Source: Diploschistes diacapsis (taxonomy: Eukaryota). From it: a stretch of DNA of 35,046 nt. The notes under the pieces were generated by a model. It had not been told where the DNA came from, did not search any database, and was given only the letters and a program-made list of their open reading frames with translations. Shown one piece after another: positions 20,708 through 32,032 of this stretch (position 1 is the first letter of the stretch; every line of letters starts with the position of its first letter). A program made the translations under genes and the position numbers. The stretch is from assembly GCA_023645945.1 (NCBI GenBank), contig JALAIB010000079.1, positions 1 through 35,046 of the forward strand, in the 5' to 3' direction.

Positions 20708-21769
20708 ATGCATATTGAAGAGCTTCCAAACGAGCTTCTGCTGGACATATTCTTTTCATGTCGTAGCGTGAAGGATGTCCTAGCTCTGGGCACAGCTAGC
20801 CGTCACTTCTATCATGTCTTCTCCGGCTCCAAGAAGTTGCCAATATTATTCCAATCAGCAGAGGTGCAATACGGACCTCTTGAGGATGCTATCCAGGTCG
20901 TTACCTACAACCACAGTCAGCCAGCACACCGCATCCGCAAGGCGCCACTCTCCCTCGCCTTGCTGCACCAGCTCATCGATCTGGGGAAGAGTGCTGCTAA
21001 GTGGATCGAGATCTACCCCTCAAGAAAGTGGAAGGACAATTTCGAGGACCGCCGGTTACTTCGCGCTAGCGAAACCTACCGCCTACGCCGCGCCGTCTAC
21101 CGTCTTACTCTATATACTCGAGCGTTCCACAATGCTCGTTATCCGCGAACCTCACGAATGCAGCGCCATGTTATTCTCGAACGAGCCAGCCTTTTGCACA
21201 ATTGGTCCACAGCCGAACTCGCTGAAATCGAAGACATACGTGTGGTTCTTCGTGATGTGATCGAGTCCCGTATTTGCCCCAGCAATGGGACAATTCAGCG
21301 CAAGTTTCGCAAGCGTTTTCCTGATTCAGACCATCAGCTTCTGTTTAATCTGAACATCCATCTCAATTACCCACCTCCGCCGACCACCGCCGGGGCGTTC
21401 CTTCCAGCGCACTTTCACAGTGCTCATCAGACAACGCCATCTTCAAGAGCAGCTCTCGCCATAAGCAAATATGCTACCTCCTCGCGGCATGAGCCTGGAG
21501 CAGAAGGTTGGGGCGATGACATCCCCCATTACTATATTGTGGAAGATATGTTGAAGCTAGAGCCAGCGCAGGTGCTGTGGTTGAAAGAAAATGCGCCACT
21601 CAAAGGGATGGTACAAGCTTATACTCGGAACCTGGGAGATTGGTTTGAAAACAATGGAGAGACGTTTGGGCAGACGTTTGAGTGGGTCGCTGAACAGAGG
21701 GGCGAGGAGATTGGGGAGTTGAGGGAGGGTGTTGAGGGCGGGTCACTTGGCGTGGTGACAGAAGCATGA
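20708..21769 (+). CDS. F-box-like domain protein (fungal conserved hypothetical type)
   Basis: First ATG at 20708 gives MHIEELPNELLLDIFFSC...LALGTASRHFY (F-box LPxELLxxIF pattern). Later RLRRAVYRL and YIVEDMLKLEP. Intronless ORF of 353 codons. Confidence 0.8.
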   Translation: MHIEELPNELLLDIFFSCRSVKDVLALGTASRHFYHVFSGSKKLPILFQSAEVQYGPLEDAIQVVTYNHSQPAHRIRKAPLSLALLHQLIDLGKSAAKWIEIYPSRKWKDNFEDRRLLRASETYRLRRAVYRLTLYTRAFHNARYPRTSRMQRHVILERASLLHNWSTAELAEIEDIRVVLRDVIESRICPSNGTIQRKFRKRFPDSDHQLLFNLNIHLNYPPPPTTAGAFLPAHFHSAHQTTPSSRAALAISKYATSSRHEPGAEGWGDDIPHYYIVEDMLKLEPAQVLWLKENAPLKGMVQAYTRNLGDWFENNGETFGQTFEWVAEQRGEEIGELREGVEGGSLGVVTEA

Positions 21770-21844
21770 CCTTTGAGTATACTTTCTAGACGGGTGTTGT
21801 TAATCCCTTGGTGTTTCGATTCACATCGTTATGTATTTTCGGTT

Positions 21845-21867
21845 TTAGTAGTAGTAGTAGTAGTAGT
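21845..21867. repeat. (TAG)n microsatellite between the convergent F-box and BRX1 genes
   Basis: About 7 perfect TAG units read directly. Confidence 0.9.
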
Positions 21868-21922
21868 CCAGTGCCTTTGTGACTGGGGCGGTAGGCCAGT
21901 TTTGAACTCGCACAAAGTTTTC

Positions 21923-22953
21923 TTATGCAAATAGCACTGCATCGTCCAGCTCATTTCCTTCCCTTTTCCTCTTGCCATCCCCACTTCTGAGCCCCAGATC
22001 CCGTCTCTTCACCCTGCTGTCCATGTCTTGCTCGCTACGCCGAGCATATTTACCGGCCCGTTTCAATCTCAAATCTGCCCTGATTTGATTTGGACTGACG
22101 AATTCCCTATTTTCGTAAATGACGGGCCCGCCGAAGCTTCCCTCCAATATTACAATCGGTGTCAGTACAAAGCGTGGGCCGATTTCCGTCAAAGAAAGCT
22201 TCGTTTCCTCTCCCCTGCCGCCCTTTTTCCGCACGATCTGGCTTGCGGCCTCTGTGTTACCATCCAGGTCCATCTTTGCCGTCTCCGCTGCCGCCTTTCC
22301 ATCCTTGGACACTTCTGTCTCGTTGATTTGATAACACCGGACCCAAACCTTCCCATCAGCCAGCGTAAAGCTCATTACATGATCAATAAAGGGCTTCGTT
22401 TTCCTAGCGCCCTTGGGTACCCCAAACACGTGTATCAGCATTTCTCTTAGTACTAGTAGGTGCGGCTGCGTTTGGAAGCGCGCATCGAACGATAGTATTG
22501 GCCTGGAGCCCTTGAGGCAGTTGCCGGAGAAGTGCAGCTCGGACATGGTGTGCAAGTTGTGCAAATGCAGTTTCACCGTGGGACCGTTGGGTGCTTTGGC
22601 GAGCCAGACGTAAAGGTCCTTGCCCTTGCGCGCCTCGAAGAAGAGCACGTTGTTGCAGTTGTAGAGATCGGCGAGCTCGTTGAGCTGGTAGAGCTTCGTC
22701 TTCGTGTCGAGTTTGGCATCTTTTCGGCTGTGGGGGAGGAGGCTGTAGAGATCATTGAGGAGGTGTCGGTGTCTACAGGACAATTCAGATGAGAGGCGGC
22801 CTTGGCCGGTGCAGGAAGTAGCGCTTGCCTGTAAGTTACACCGCGGCTAGAGAGCATCAAGAGTCTTTGTCGATTTGCTTGGGCGGTACTCGTACTATCC
22901 TCGTCCGCATCCGAGCCACCTTTGCTTTTGGACAACGATTTATAGGCGGACAT
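21923..22953 (-). CDS. BRX1: Ribosome biogenesis protein Brx1 (Brix domain)
   Basis: Motifs SSRGVTYRHRHLLNDL, LFFEARKGKDLY, PNGPT, GNCLKGSRP and EIGPRFVL. Exons 22953-22829 and 22772-21923 are joined by a GC-AG intron at 22828-22773. Confidence 0.96.
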
Positions 22954-23232
22954 TGTGATAGGAGAAGATATGTGAGTATTTTCAAGGCTGTTTCTTCAAC
23001 AGAAGGCCAGATTTTAACATCTGCACAGCAGTGAACAGGTCTAAGCTGGGCGCCAAGCATTGAACGCGGCTACTGTTAACTTGGCACTGAGTCATCATAG
23101 TCTTACCGGGAAAAAGTAATACCGCATATCAAAATATCTTTCAAAACTTTTATATCCCTTCACACAAGTTTGAGAACAATCCGACCCATTCATCACAATC
23201 GTATCGCTGATGATACCGTTTTCAAATTCAAC

Positions 23233-24740
<1,508 letters not shown>

Positions 24741-24876
24741 TTGTGTGACGTTGCGGCAAGGAAGGATGAGTAGGGCTATAATCTTGTATTGTGGATGGGG
24801 TAGCGTAAGGCGCTTGCGGGATCATGGTTCGGACTTGGGAGAAGTTCCGTTTCTCGAAGCACTCTAAAGGGTATCT

Positions 24877-26232
24877 TCAAAACTCAACGGACCGCTCCCA
24901 GTTGGCTAATACGTCCTCAGCTCTTCTGAACTCGACATCTTCTCCAAAATATCCGGCATCACTCCATTGCTGCATCGTGACGCTGTCGTATGGTCCATGA
25001 GCCTCGCCGCCGTCACGTGCATCCGACCATCGATACTCCCACTGTCTTGGTTCCTTCTCCACAACATCGGCGGTATCTTCCACCCACTCCTCACGTGTCT
25101 CTCGCCCGTACATCCGTATCAAGAGCTCTCTATCTGCTTCATACACTTCGGAGTTATTCCGGATTAGCAGAATATCCGCGGCTCCTGTAATGGCTATTAC
25201 AGCTTCCCGGCGCTTCGCCGCTGTTGGATCTTCCACCCTCATGTCTGGATCGACGTCCATCTGGTGACTTCGCCTATTTTTATTCCTGGATTGCCGTTTA
25301 ACTGGCTTTTTTGTCTGGTTTCGACCTAGTCTAGCGAGAGCCTCGAGTATCGTCTCGCCCTTGTCTAGATGAGATATTAAAGTCTTTAACACCTCGCCGG
25401 TAGTTACTGAATCATCCTCTAGTCTCTTCTGACGTTGTTGATTTTCTCGCCGAGCCTGCGCCTCTCGAGCCTTCTTCAAATCTTTCTTTGACACTCCTTC
25501 CATCCACGTGTCATACACTGCATCCGGATCTTGTGCCTTCCTTACGTAGTTACCATGCTCGTCGAAGCCGCCATCTTCCTGTTCAGCCCTCAAATGAAAT
25601 GCATCAAGTTTCGGCGCGTGCTTCTTCTTCGATCCGGCCCCAAGTTCTTCGTCCATGTCGCTACCCACTCTAGCCCGCTCCTCATCGCCCACCTCGCTGT
25701 CACTAGTGCTATCCGCTTCCTCGTCCATCTCCCCTCCCTGACCTTGAGAGAAGTCCGCACTTACGTGACCTCCACTTCTGCTATCTTGGACCTGACCCTC
25801 GATGTCACGCACATCAAGAAACTTCACGCTTTTCTTCCTTTTCCCTCCCTTACCGTCGTCCTTATCCTTGTCCGCATAATCGTCTTCTAGATCCGCAAAC
25901 ATATCATCATCCTCCTCGTGCTTCGAATCCGCCCCAATATTATCACCCGTTTCCTGTGTGGTTTTCAACTCAGCGCGCCGGTCGAAGCCCTCGTTCGAGC
26001 TGTCAGACTCGTACCCGTCGATGTTAACGGCGTTGCGCTTCGTCTGCTGCCCGCGTTTGCCGATCTCGTCGGCGTCAAGCACCTCATCCTCTTCCGGTGC
26101 GTCAGGAACGAGGGCGGCCGGATTACGAGTGTCGAAACGGGGCTTCTTGGATGAACTGACGTCCGAGTGGTAGTGGTTGCGACTGAATTCTTCGCCGCCG
26201 CGCTTTGGGCGGGCGTTGGTGAAGGCGGACAT
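24877..26232 (-). CDS. LIN1: LIN1 / CD2BP2 (U5 52K)-like GYF-domain protein
   Basis: DDDMFAD, PKLDAFHLRAEQEDGGFDEHGNYVRK, LDKGETILEALARLG and a C-terminal GYF domain (WEYRW...HGPYDSVTMQQWSDAGYF). Start set at the ATG at 26232 (MSAFTNARPKR). Confidence 0.9.
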   Translation of the reverse strand: MSAFTNARPKRGGEEFSRNHYHSDVSSSKKPRFDTRNPAALVPDAPEEDEVLDADEIGKRGQQTKRNAVNIDGYESDSSNEGFDRRAELKTTQETGDNIGADSKHEEDDDMFADLEDDYADKDKDDGKGGKRKKSVKFLDVRDIEGQVQDSRSGGHVSADFSQGQGGEMDEEADSTSDSEVGDEERARVGSDMDEELGAGSKKKHAPKLDAFHLRAEQEDGGFDEHGNYVRKAQDPDAVYDTWMEGVSKKDLKKAREAQARRENQQRQKRLEDDSVTTGEVLKTLISHLDKGETILEALARLGRNQTKKPVKRQSRNKNRRSHQMDVDPDMRVEDPTAAKRREAVIAITGAADILLIRNNSEVYEADRELLIRMYGRETREEWVEDTADVVEKEPRQWEYRWSDARDGGEAHGPYDSVTMQQWSDAGYFGEDVEFRRAEDVLANWERSVEF

Positions 26233-26467
26233 GACCGGGTGAATGGGTATCAAACCTCGAAGTGAAATAACGAGGGAGAAAAATTAAACCGTGTTGCAGG
26301 AAATCGACATGCCGGCACCAGTTTCACTGCTATATGAACAGGGCGAGCCTATGACGGACTATGGCGGACAAAGCAGCAGGGACTCCCCGGTCGCAGAAGG
26401 TAAGAAAAACCGTCATAGCTTCACCACGCTCAACTCAAAAGATGAGAGTACAATACCCGAGTAGTAG

Positions 26468-26476
26468 TATATAAAA
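26468..26476 (+). promoter_or_regulatory. TATA-like element upstream of UFD1
   Basis: TATATAAAA about 150 bp upstream of the UFD1 ATG at 26621. Confidence 0.4.
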
Positions 26477-26620
26477 AGATCTTTATTATTCCACTCTTAC
26501 ACGTTTTAATCTTTTCAGACTTTGTATGTTCTTTTACTACCCTGAGCTGGTAGAACCTGTAATTCTCACTCAACTCAGCAAGCTCCCTGGTGCTACCCGG
26601 CGGCCAGCGGTTGCCTCGGG

Positions 26621-27911
26621 ATGGTAGGTTCATCTTCCCTCCCAAAACCTGGCGCTCGAAAGCAACGACGTGTACTAACTTTCTGTTCAAGTTCGGAAAC
26701 CCTTTCTTCGATCGAAACCAAGCAATGGAAGGCATTTACCCTCCGAGCCTCCGGCGAGGCGGCGCACCGCGCCGCTTTGACGAATACTATCGCTGCTACC
26801 CCGTCGCTATGCTTCCGGGTCCGGACCGCAACAACGTCAACTACGGCGGGAAGGTCATCATGCCACCGAGCGCTCTGGACAAGCTCACCCGGCTGCACAT
26901 CTCCTATCCCATGATGTTCGAGCTTATCAACGGCACGAAAGAAACCATGACACATGCCGGCGTCCTGGAGTTCATAGCGGAGGAGGGCAAGATTTACGTT
27001 CCTTTTTGGGTAAGCAACCCCCTTAATGCGGGCCATGGTGGCCTACTTCTTCAAGCAAATTGCCTAACAAGCTTCATTTTTTCCAGTTGATGCAAGTCCT
27101 CGCCCTCGAACCCGGCGATCTTCTCCAAGTCAAGTCAACCGACCTCCCCTCGGGCGCTTTCATCAAGTTGCAAGCGCAATCAACCTCCTTTCTCGACATT
27201 TCCGACCCGAAGGCCGTGCTCGAGAACGTCTTTCGGAATTACTCATGCCTCACGACGGGAGACGTCTTCACTTTCGAATACAACGACCAGACGTTCGATA
27301 TGGCCGTCCTGGAAGTGAAACCGGATACGGAAAAACACGCCATCGTCGTGCTGGAGACGGACCTTGAGGTCGACTTCGCCACGCCGGTGGGGTACGAGGA
27401 GGAACAAGCCAAGATGAAGGCTGCGGCTGCAGCAGCGAAGTCAAAGGGCGGGAGCGGGACGAGCACACCGGGCAGTAGTAGCGCAGCCGGCACGCTCGGT
27501 CTCCCTGCCGGCGGCATACTGCACAGCCAGGGGAGCATGGCGCAGGCGATCAACTACGCCTCGATAGCGCCAGAGTCCGCCGAGGCCGCGGCCGGCGCCA
27601 AGGCCGTATCGTCCAACTTCCTGCTCGGCGGGCAGAAGCTCTCGTCGAAGAGAGGAAGCAAGGCGCCGACGCCGAGTCCCTCGACGCCGGCGGCGGGCAT
27701 GTCGAGCAACCAGCCCGCGGGGAGGCCCGTTCCGCCAGCTGCGGCCGCGAGAAGGAGGAACGGACCGCAGCCCCTGAGGCTGCCACCGGGAAAGTTATTC
27801 TTCGGGTATGCGGTCAAGCCGGTCAGGAAGCGGGGCGAAGCGGCGCCAGGAGACGAGCCGGAGAAGCCGAGATTCCTGGGCCAGGGACAGACGTTGAGGG
27901 CCAAGAAGTAA
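26621..27911 (+). CDS. UFD1: Ubiquitin fusion degradation protein Ufd1 (Cdc48 cofactor)
   Basis: RFDEYYRCYP, NYGGKVIMPPSAL, THAGVLEFIAEEG, FLDISDPKAVLE, ETDLEVDF and SHP-like boxes FLLGGQKL and FLGQGQTL. The ATG (26621-26623) is followed at once by an intron at 26624-26691; second intron at 27010-27086. Confidence 0.96.
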
Positions 27912-28354
27912 GGGACGGCTGAGCGAGACTCCCTTACTTTTCCTGTTGCATGTCAGCGTGCTTGGGGGGTTTGGTGCAATTTTGTCGGGAGGCGTGGGAT
28001 TGAACGACAAGGTTCCGGACGCGAGAGAATGCATGGCATGGGGCGAAAAGGGGGCTTCATGAAGGATTATGCCGGATTACGTGCGTGTGCGTGTTACGGC
28101 TAGTAGATCGCTCCCGAAATGAGATTTAGTTTGCCCATTGCGGCAGGCCCAGGAAGAAAAGCTCCGTGAAGAGTCTACCTAGCCCAGCATTGCAAAACTC
28201 AACGGGTGGTATGGTAGAGTGTACTTGCTACAAAAGGATCGGAGAAGCATGGCCTCCATTATCATTATTGTTAAAGAAGTGTCAGCTTGATCCGTGCCAA
28301 CGGGTTGGACGGGGCAAGCTTTTCGGCTATCGAACTCATGCGCACAAGATTTTC

Positions 28355-28384
28355 AAAAAAAAAAGCGTATATATATATATATAT
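28355..28384. repeat. Poly(A) run plus (TA)n microsatellite
   Basis: aaaaaaaaaa gcg tatatatatatatatat between the convergent UFD1 and 992-aa genes. Confidence 0.85.
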
Positions 28385-28521
28385 TCGGCACTACAAGTTG
28401 CTTCTCGAAAGGGGGTCCTCGGACATGCAATCAACTAAAAAGGTATCGCGACCACCAACTCCATCATACCCAAGCTCATTCGTATACTCGTGCGGCATAT
28501 CCAAGCGTGACACATCGCTCC

Positions 28522-31500
28522 TCAAAAGTCAAGCTCGTCGTCGCTCTCGTCTGCCCCCTTTTCCGTCATGGCCGAGCTTCCGGGCTGTCTCAAATTCCAC
28601 CTTTTTGTCCCGGCCCGAGGCCGGATTGGTTTGCTCGGCTCCCGTGGTACCCTGAGGAGGCGGCTGCTGCTGCTGCTGTTGCTGCTCACTTCCACATTCC
28701 TCTGCCGCTCGGCTTCGGAGTCGATGTTCTTGCGGCCGCGCTTCAGCAAAGGCTTATCCGCAGGCCCGGAACCAGGAACTGGGGGAGGGTGGTTCGTGAT
28801 GTCTTTCAGCTCGGCCCTTTCCCTTTCCGGCCTCGAGCGAGCACGGGAGAGCGAGATGGGGACCCGGACCTCGATGCGAGCTCTTTTGCTGGGTGAGTCG
28901 GCTGAGCGTTCGAGCGCCGAGCTATCGTCGTGGTGATCTTCCTTATCCGAACCAGAGCTTATAAGCGTTGCTCCAGAGAAGCTTGAGCGATCGCTACGGC
29001 GTGGACGAAAACGAAACCGCGGTCTGGGTCTCCTGGCAGCTGGTGTGGACTGCACGCAGTCCTCCGTGATGATCGTGCTACGAGCGGTGCATGGAGGAGG
29101 CGAGATGACTGTAATAGGCGAAAGCTCTGAGAGCATTGTCCGGAAGGGCACCGGAAGAGGAGTGTCTTCCTGAAACTCTGCGGATACTGTCTCCGCCTCG
29201 TCTATTTCAGGCCTTGATTCTGATTCCTTGGACTGACCGTCTTCTTGAGGGTCACCGCCAGTTGCTGGTCTGGAAACGATCTTTGCTGCTCTCGCTTTGG
29301 CTCTCGCTTTCGTCGGCGCTGGAGTACATGCAACCCACTCGCAGATGGAGTCTTCCCAGCGGAAGGACAATGCAGGTCTGTTCTCGGCCTTGCTAAAACC
29401 GTTAGGTATACGGTCTGCGGCTTTCCCAGGCTCGACCACACCATCGGTGCAAGCCTCTTCCACTCGAAGTGCCCAGTCCAGGTGCTCTTGCCGCATCGTG
29501 ATTTCTGCAAACTCGAACGCTGCGGACACAGCAAGCTGCGATAAAAACATGAGATCTGGAGACCGTAGGGATATGTTCTGGAGGTTCGTGATAATGTGCT
29601 TCATGATCATGAAAGGAGTAGAGAGGGTGATGCGGGAGCAGCACTGCGCTATGGAGCAAAGGAACGTGGAGGAGACGTCAAGTAGGTTCTTGGCTGATGT
29701 TGCGGATGACGGGGAAAGAAAACAGGAAGAGGTTTGTTGTGCACCCTTTCCTCGAGTAGCTTCTTCCGGTAGGCAGAGCCGGATCGAAAGATACGGGATA
29801 TGAACCAAGGACGATAGTGGTGAAGGAGCGGTGTCGGTTGGTGGTCGGTTATTGCGAAAATATATGGCCTGTAATGAGTCTATCGCCAGACATCGGAGAG
29901 AAAGCGAACTGGCCATAGCATCTACGGTGCGTTGATGTCGAAGGTCCGATGGTACTACGTTAGTGTAGACCGTCGAAAGAAGTATTGTACAAATATTTGT
30001 AAATGTGCCGATCAAAGCGTTTTCTATCTTTTCGTCCTCGGCAGTACTCAGGCCGACACCACCCTCAGAAGCCTTTGCCGGTTCCGATATGAGACATTGA
30101 TGTCGTTTGCGTTCTTGATGAACCAGGTCCGAAATGTTGGATGCATCGAAAAGATACAAGCGGCTAGTAGCTGCGCGAATGAGGTTCATTGCTTCCAGCG
30201 CATCGTCTTGGTTCTGAGTAATGGCACGCAATGCCCGATTCCACACATCCACCATGTCTTGACTCGCAGTCCAACCAACAGGCAGGATACCCTGAGCGAA
30301 AAGTGTAGAAAGTTGTCTGAATAGAAACGTATATCGGCCCGACTGTAAGCTTAAGTCTCTGAGAGCTTGAAGCGCAGGACTGGTGGTCTGCGCAAAGAGT
30401 TGGTCTGATGCATTTCGTGGCCTCGAAACGGAACGCAGGCTCTTCAACATACTTGAGATTAGGCGCTCCGCCTCCGCGTAAGCGGAATTTTGCAGACAGA
30501 GAATGACCAAGTTCCGTGCTATTGACGGCACGATAAATCCCTCCTCGATTGACTCGCAGAAGAGAAGAATCCCGTGAGCTCTAACCACCTCGCTCATTGG
30601 CGACCGGGCCGTGCTATAGCCCTCGAGCTCATTATACATAAAGGAGACCACGTCCTCGGGCTCATCCGGATCCTCTCCATCCGCAAGTGCTTGTTCTTGA
30701 GCAATGTACGATGGCAGCTTCCTGAGGCACATGGAGAATAGGGAAGGTGCGTCTGTTTCAGATCGCAGCCTTGTTTTGGCAGTACCTGCAAGCAACGTAT
30801 GCAGGGCACTGTAGAGTCCATCATAGATCATCCATTGCAGAGGAGCGACAGATTTGGCGAGCCTGCGAAATTTGTCTCGAGGATTGGACTTTGACGTCCA
30901 AGGGTAGCCCCCATTGCTCGTCCTTGGTAGCACCACGTGGTGGAGACTCGCTCGCGTCGTTGAAAAAGAGACTTCATCAGTCGTATCGGTTTCACGTCCA
31001 GATCCTGTAGATAAACACCTGCCGACCAAAGGGCTTGGAAGCTGTACGCTTGCACCCTGTATACCTAGATGACTTTCATGCACTATCTTTCCTTTGAGGT
31101 TCAAAGAGCCGCTCTTTGACGAGTACGTTCTCTTCAGTTTCTTTCTCGGCGCTTCTTCTGGCTCCCACTCTGGATCTGTCCGGTCAAGGCCGGCAGAAGA
31201 TGTAGTCCATTGTCGGTTCCTAACAAAATTTGATACAGTGCTATGATGAGTAGTTTGGTCTTGCTTCGAGCTGCTCGCGGCACTCCCATTATCGGTATGG
31301 GAGGGTTTCCGTTTCTTCAAAAGTGTGAGTCGTGAAGAGATAGGTCGCAAGAGTCGCTTGCACCGAGCAGTCGTCCATGGAACGGTCGTATTGTGTATAG
31401 GCGTTTCTAGATTAATACTCTGTTCGGAGCGACGAACGGGGGTAAAGCCATGTAATTGACCTTTCACACATGATGGAAGTACTGCGCCGTTAACGTCCAT
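28522..31500 (-). CDS. Uncharacterised 992-aa protein (helical core, disordered basic C-terminus)
   Basis: Long uninterrupted ORF with motif-like blocks PWTTARCKRLLRPISSRL, SLFSMCLRKLPSYI, VVRAHGI and FRWEDSICEWVACTP, several NLS-like basic clusters, and an acidic end ESDDELDF*. No family recognised. Confidence 0.85.
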   Translation of the reverse strand: MDVNGAVLPSCVKGQLHGFTPVRRSEQSINLETPIHNTTVPWTTARCKRLLRPISSRLTLLKKRKPSHTDNGSAASSSKQDQTTHHSTVSNFVRNRQWTTSSAGLDRTDPEWEPEEAPRKKLKRTYSSKSGSLNLKGKIVHESHLGIQGASVQLPSPLVGRCLSTGSGRETDTTDEVSFSTTRASLHHVVLPRTSNGGYPWTSKSNPRDKFRRLAKSVAPLQWMIYDGLYSALHTLLAGTAKTRLRSETDAPSLFSMCLRKLPSYIAQEQALADGEDPDEPEDVVSFMYNELEGYSTARSPMSEVVRAHGILLFCESIEEGFIVPSIARNLVILCLQNSAYAEAERLISSMLKSLRSVSRPRNASDQLFAQTTSPALQALRDLSLQSGRYTFLFRQLSTLFAQGILPVGWTASQDMVDVWNRALRAITQNQDDALEAMNLIRAATSRLYLFDASNISDLVHQERKRHQCLISEPAKASEGGVGLSTAEDEKIENALIGTFTNICTILLSTVYTNVVPSDLRHQRTVDAMASSLSLRCLAIDSLQAIYFRNNRPPTDTAPSPLSSLVHIPYLSIRLCLPEEATRGKGAQQTSSCFLSPSSATSAKNLLDVSSTFLCSIAQCCSRITLSTPFMIMKHIITNLQNISLRSPDLMFLSQLAVSAAFEFAEITMRQEHLDWALRVEEACTDGVVEPGKAADRIPNGFSKAENRPALSFRWEDSICEWVACTPAPTKARAKARAAKIVSRPATGGDPQEDGQSKESESRPEIDEAETVSAEFQEDTPLPVPFRTMLSELSPITVISPPPCTARSTIITEDCVQSTPAARRPRPRFRFRPRRSDRSSFSGATLISSGSDKEDHHDDSSALERSADSPSKRARIEVRVPISLSRARSRPERERAELKDITNHPPPVPGSGPADKPLLKRGRKNIDSEAERQRNVEVSSNSSSSSRLLRVPREPSKPIRPRAGTKRWNLRQPGSSAMTEKGADESDDELDF

Positions 31501-32032
31501 ACCCAGAAAATACTCCAGCGTTTCATTAGGTCATCGGAGAAGCCACGTACTGGTACTAATACTATTCTTGTAAGAGTACCCAAGCAATAAGCACTGCGAA
31601 GTTATACAGACCCAATGATGTTGTTGTTGTTGTTGAAGACAGCAAATGAAGCTTTCTCCTTTTGATGTTTGTTTACAACTCCCAGAATGACGGGGTTTAA
31701 CGGACTTAGAAAACACCACGTGACCCACCTGCCTGCTGGCTTAATGGGGGTCAACATCGAGGCACATAAGACCTCCCAGATACAAAATTTGTTTTGATCG
31801 TAATCGCCAGGATAAAGCCCAAGTTTTCCATTTAAGATGTATAGATTCTAAAAGAATGCAAGACACACCGCACCGGCTATACATGGATCTGGAGCGATTG
31901 ATCTAGTTTCAAAAATCCCGCTCATGGGTGTACACGCCCATAGACTCTGCTTCCATCGGCGCAGAATAGTTTCTTGCAAAAGACCAAGGTCGGTCGCCAA
32001 ACTATCATGCAAAGATTTTCTATATAAAGGGG

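Noticed and set aside
28294..30324. Antisense ORFs of 100-200 aa over the 992-aa gene (similar ones lie over UFD1, BRX1 and FRE)
   Set aside because: Expected shadows of GC-rich coding sequence; no independent motifs.
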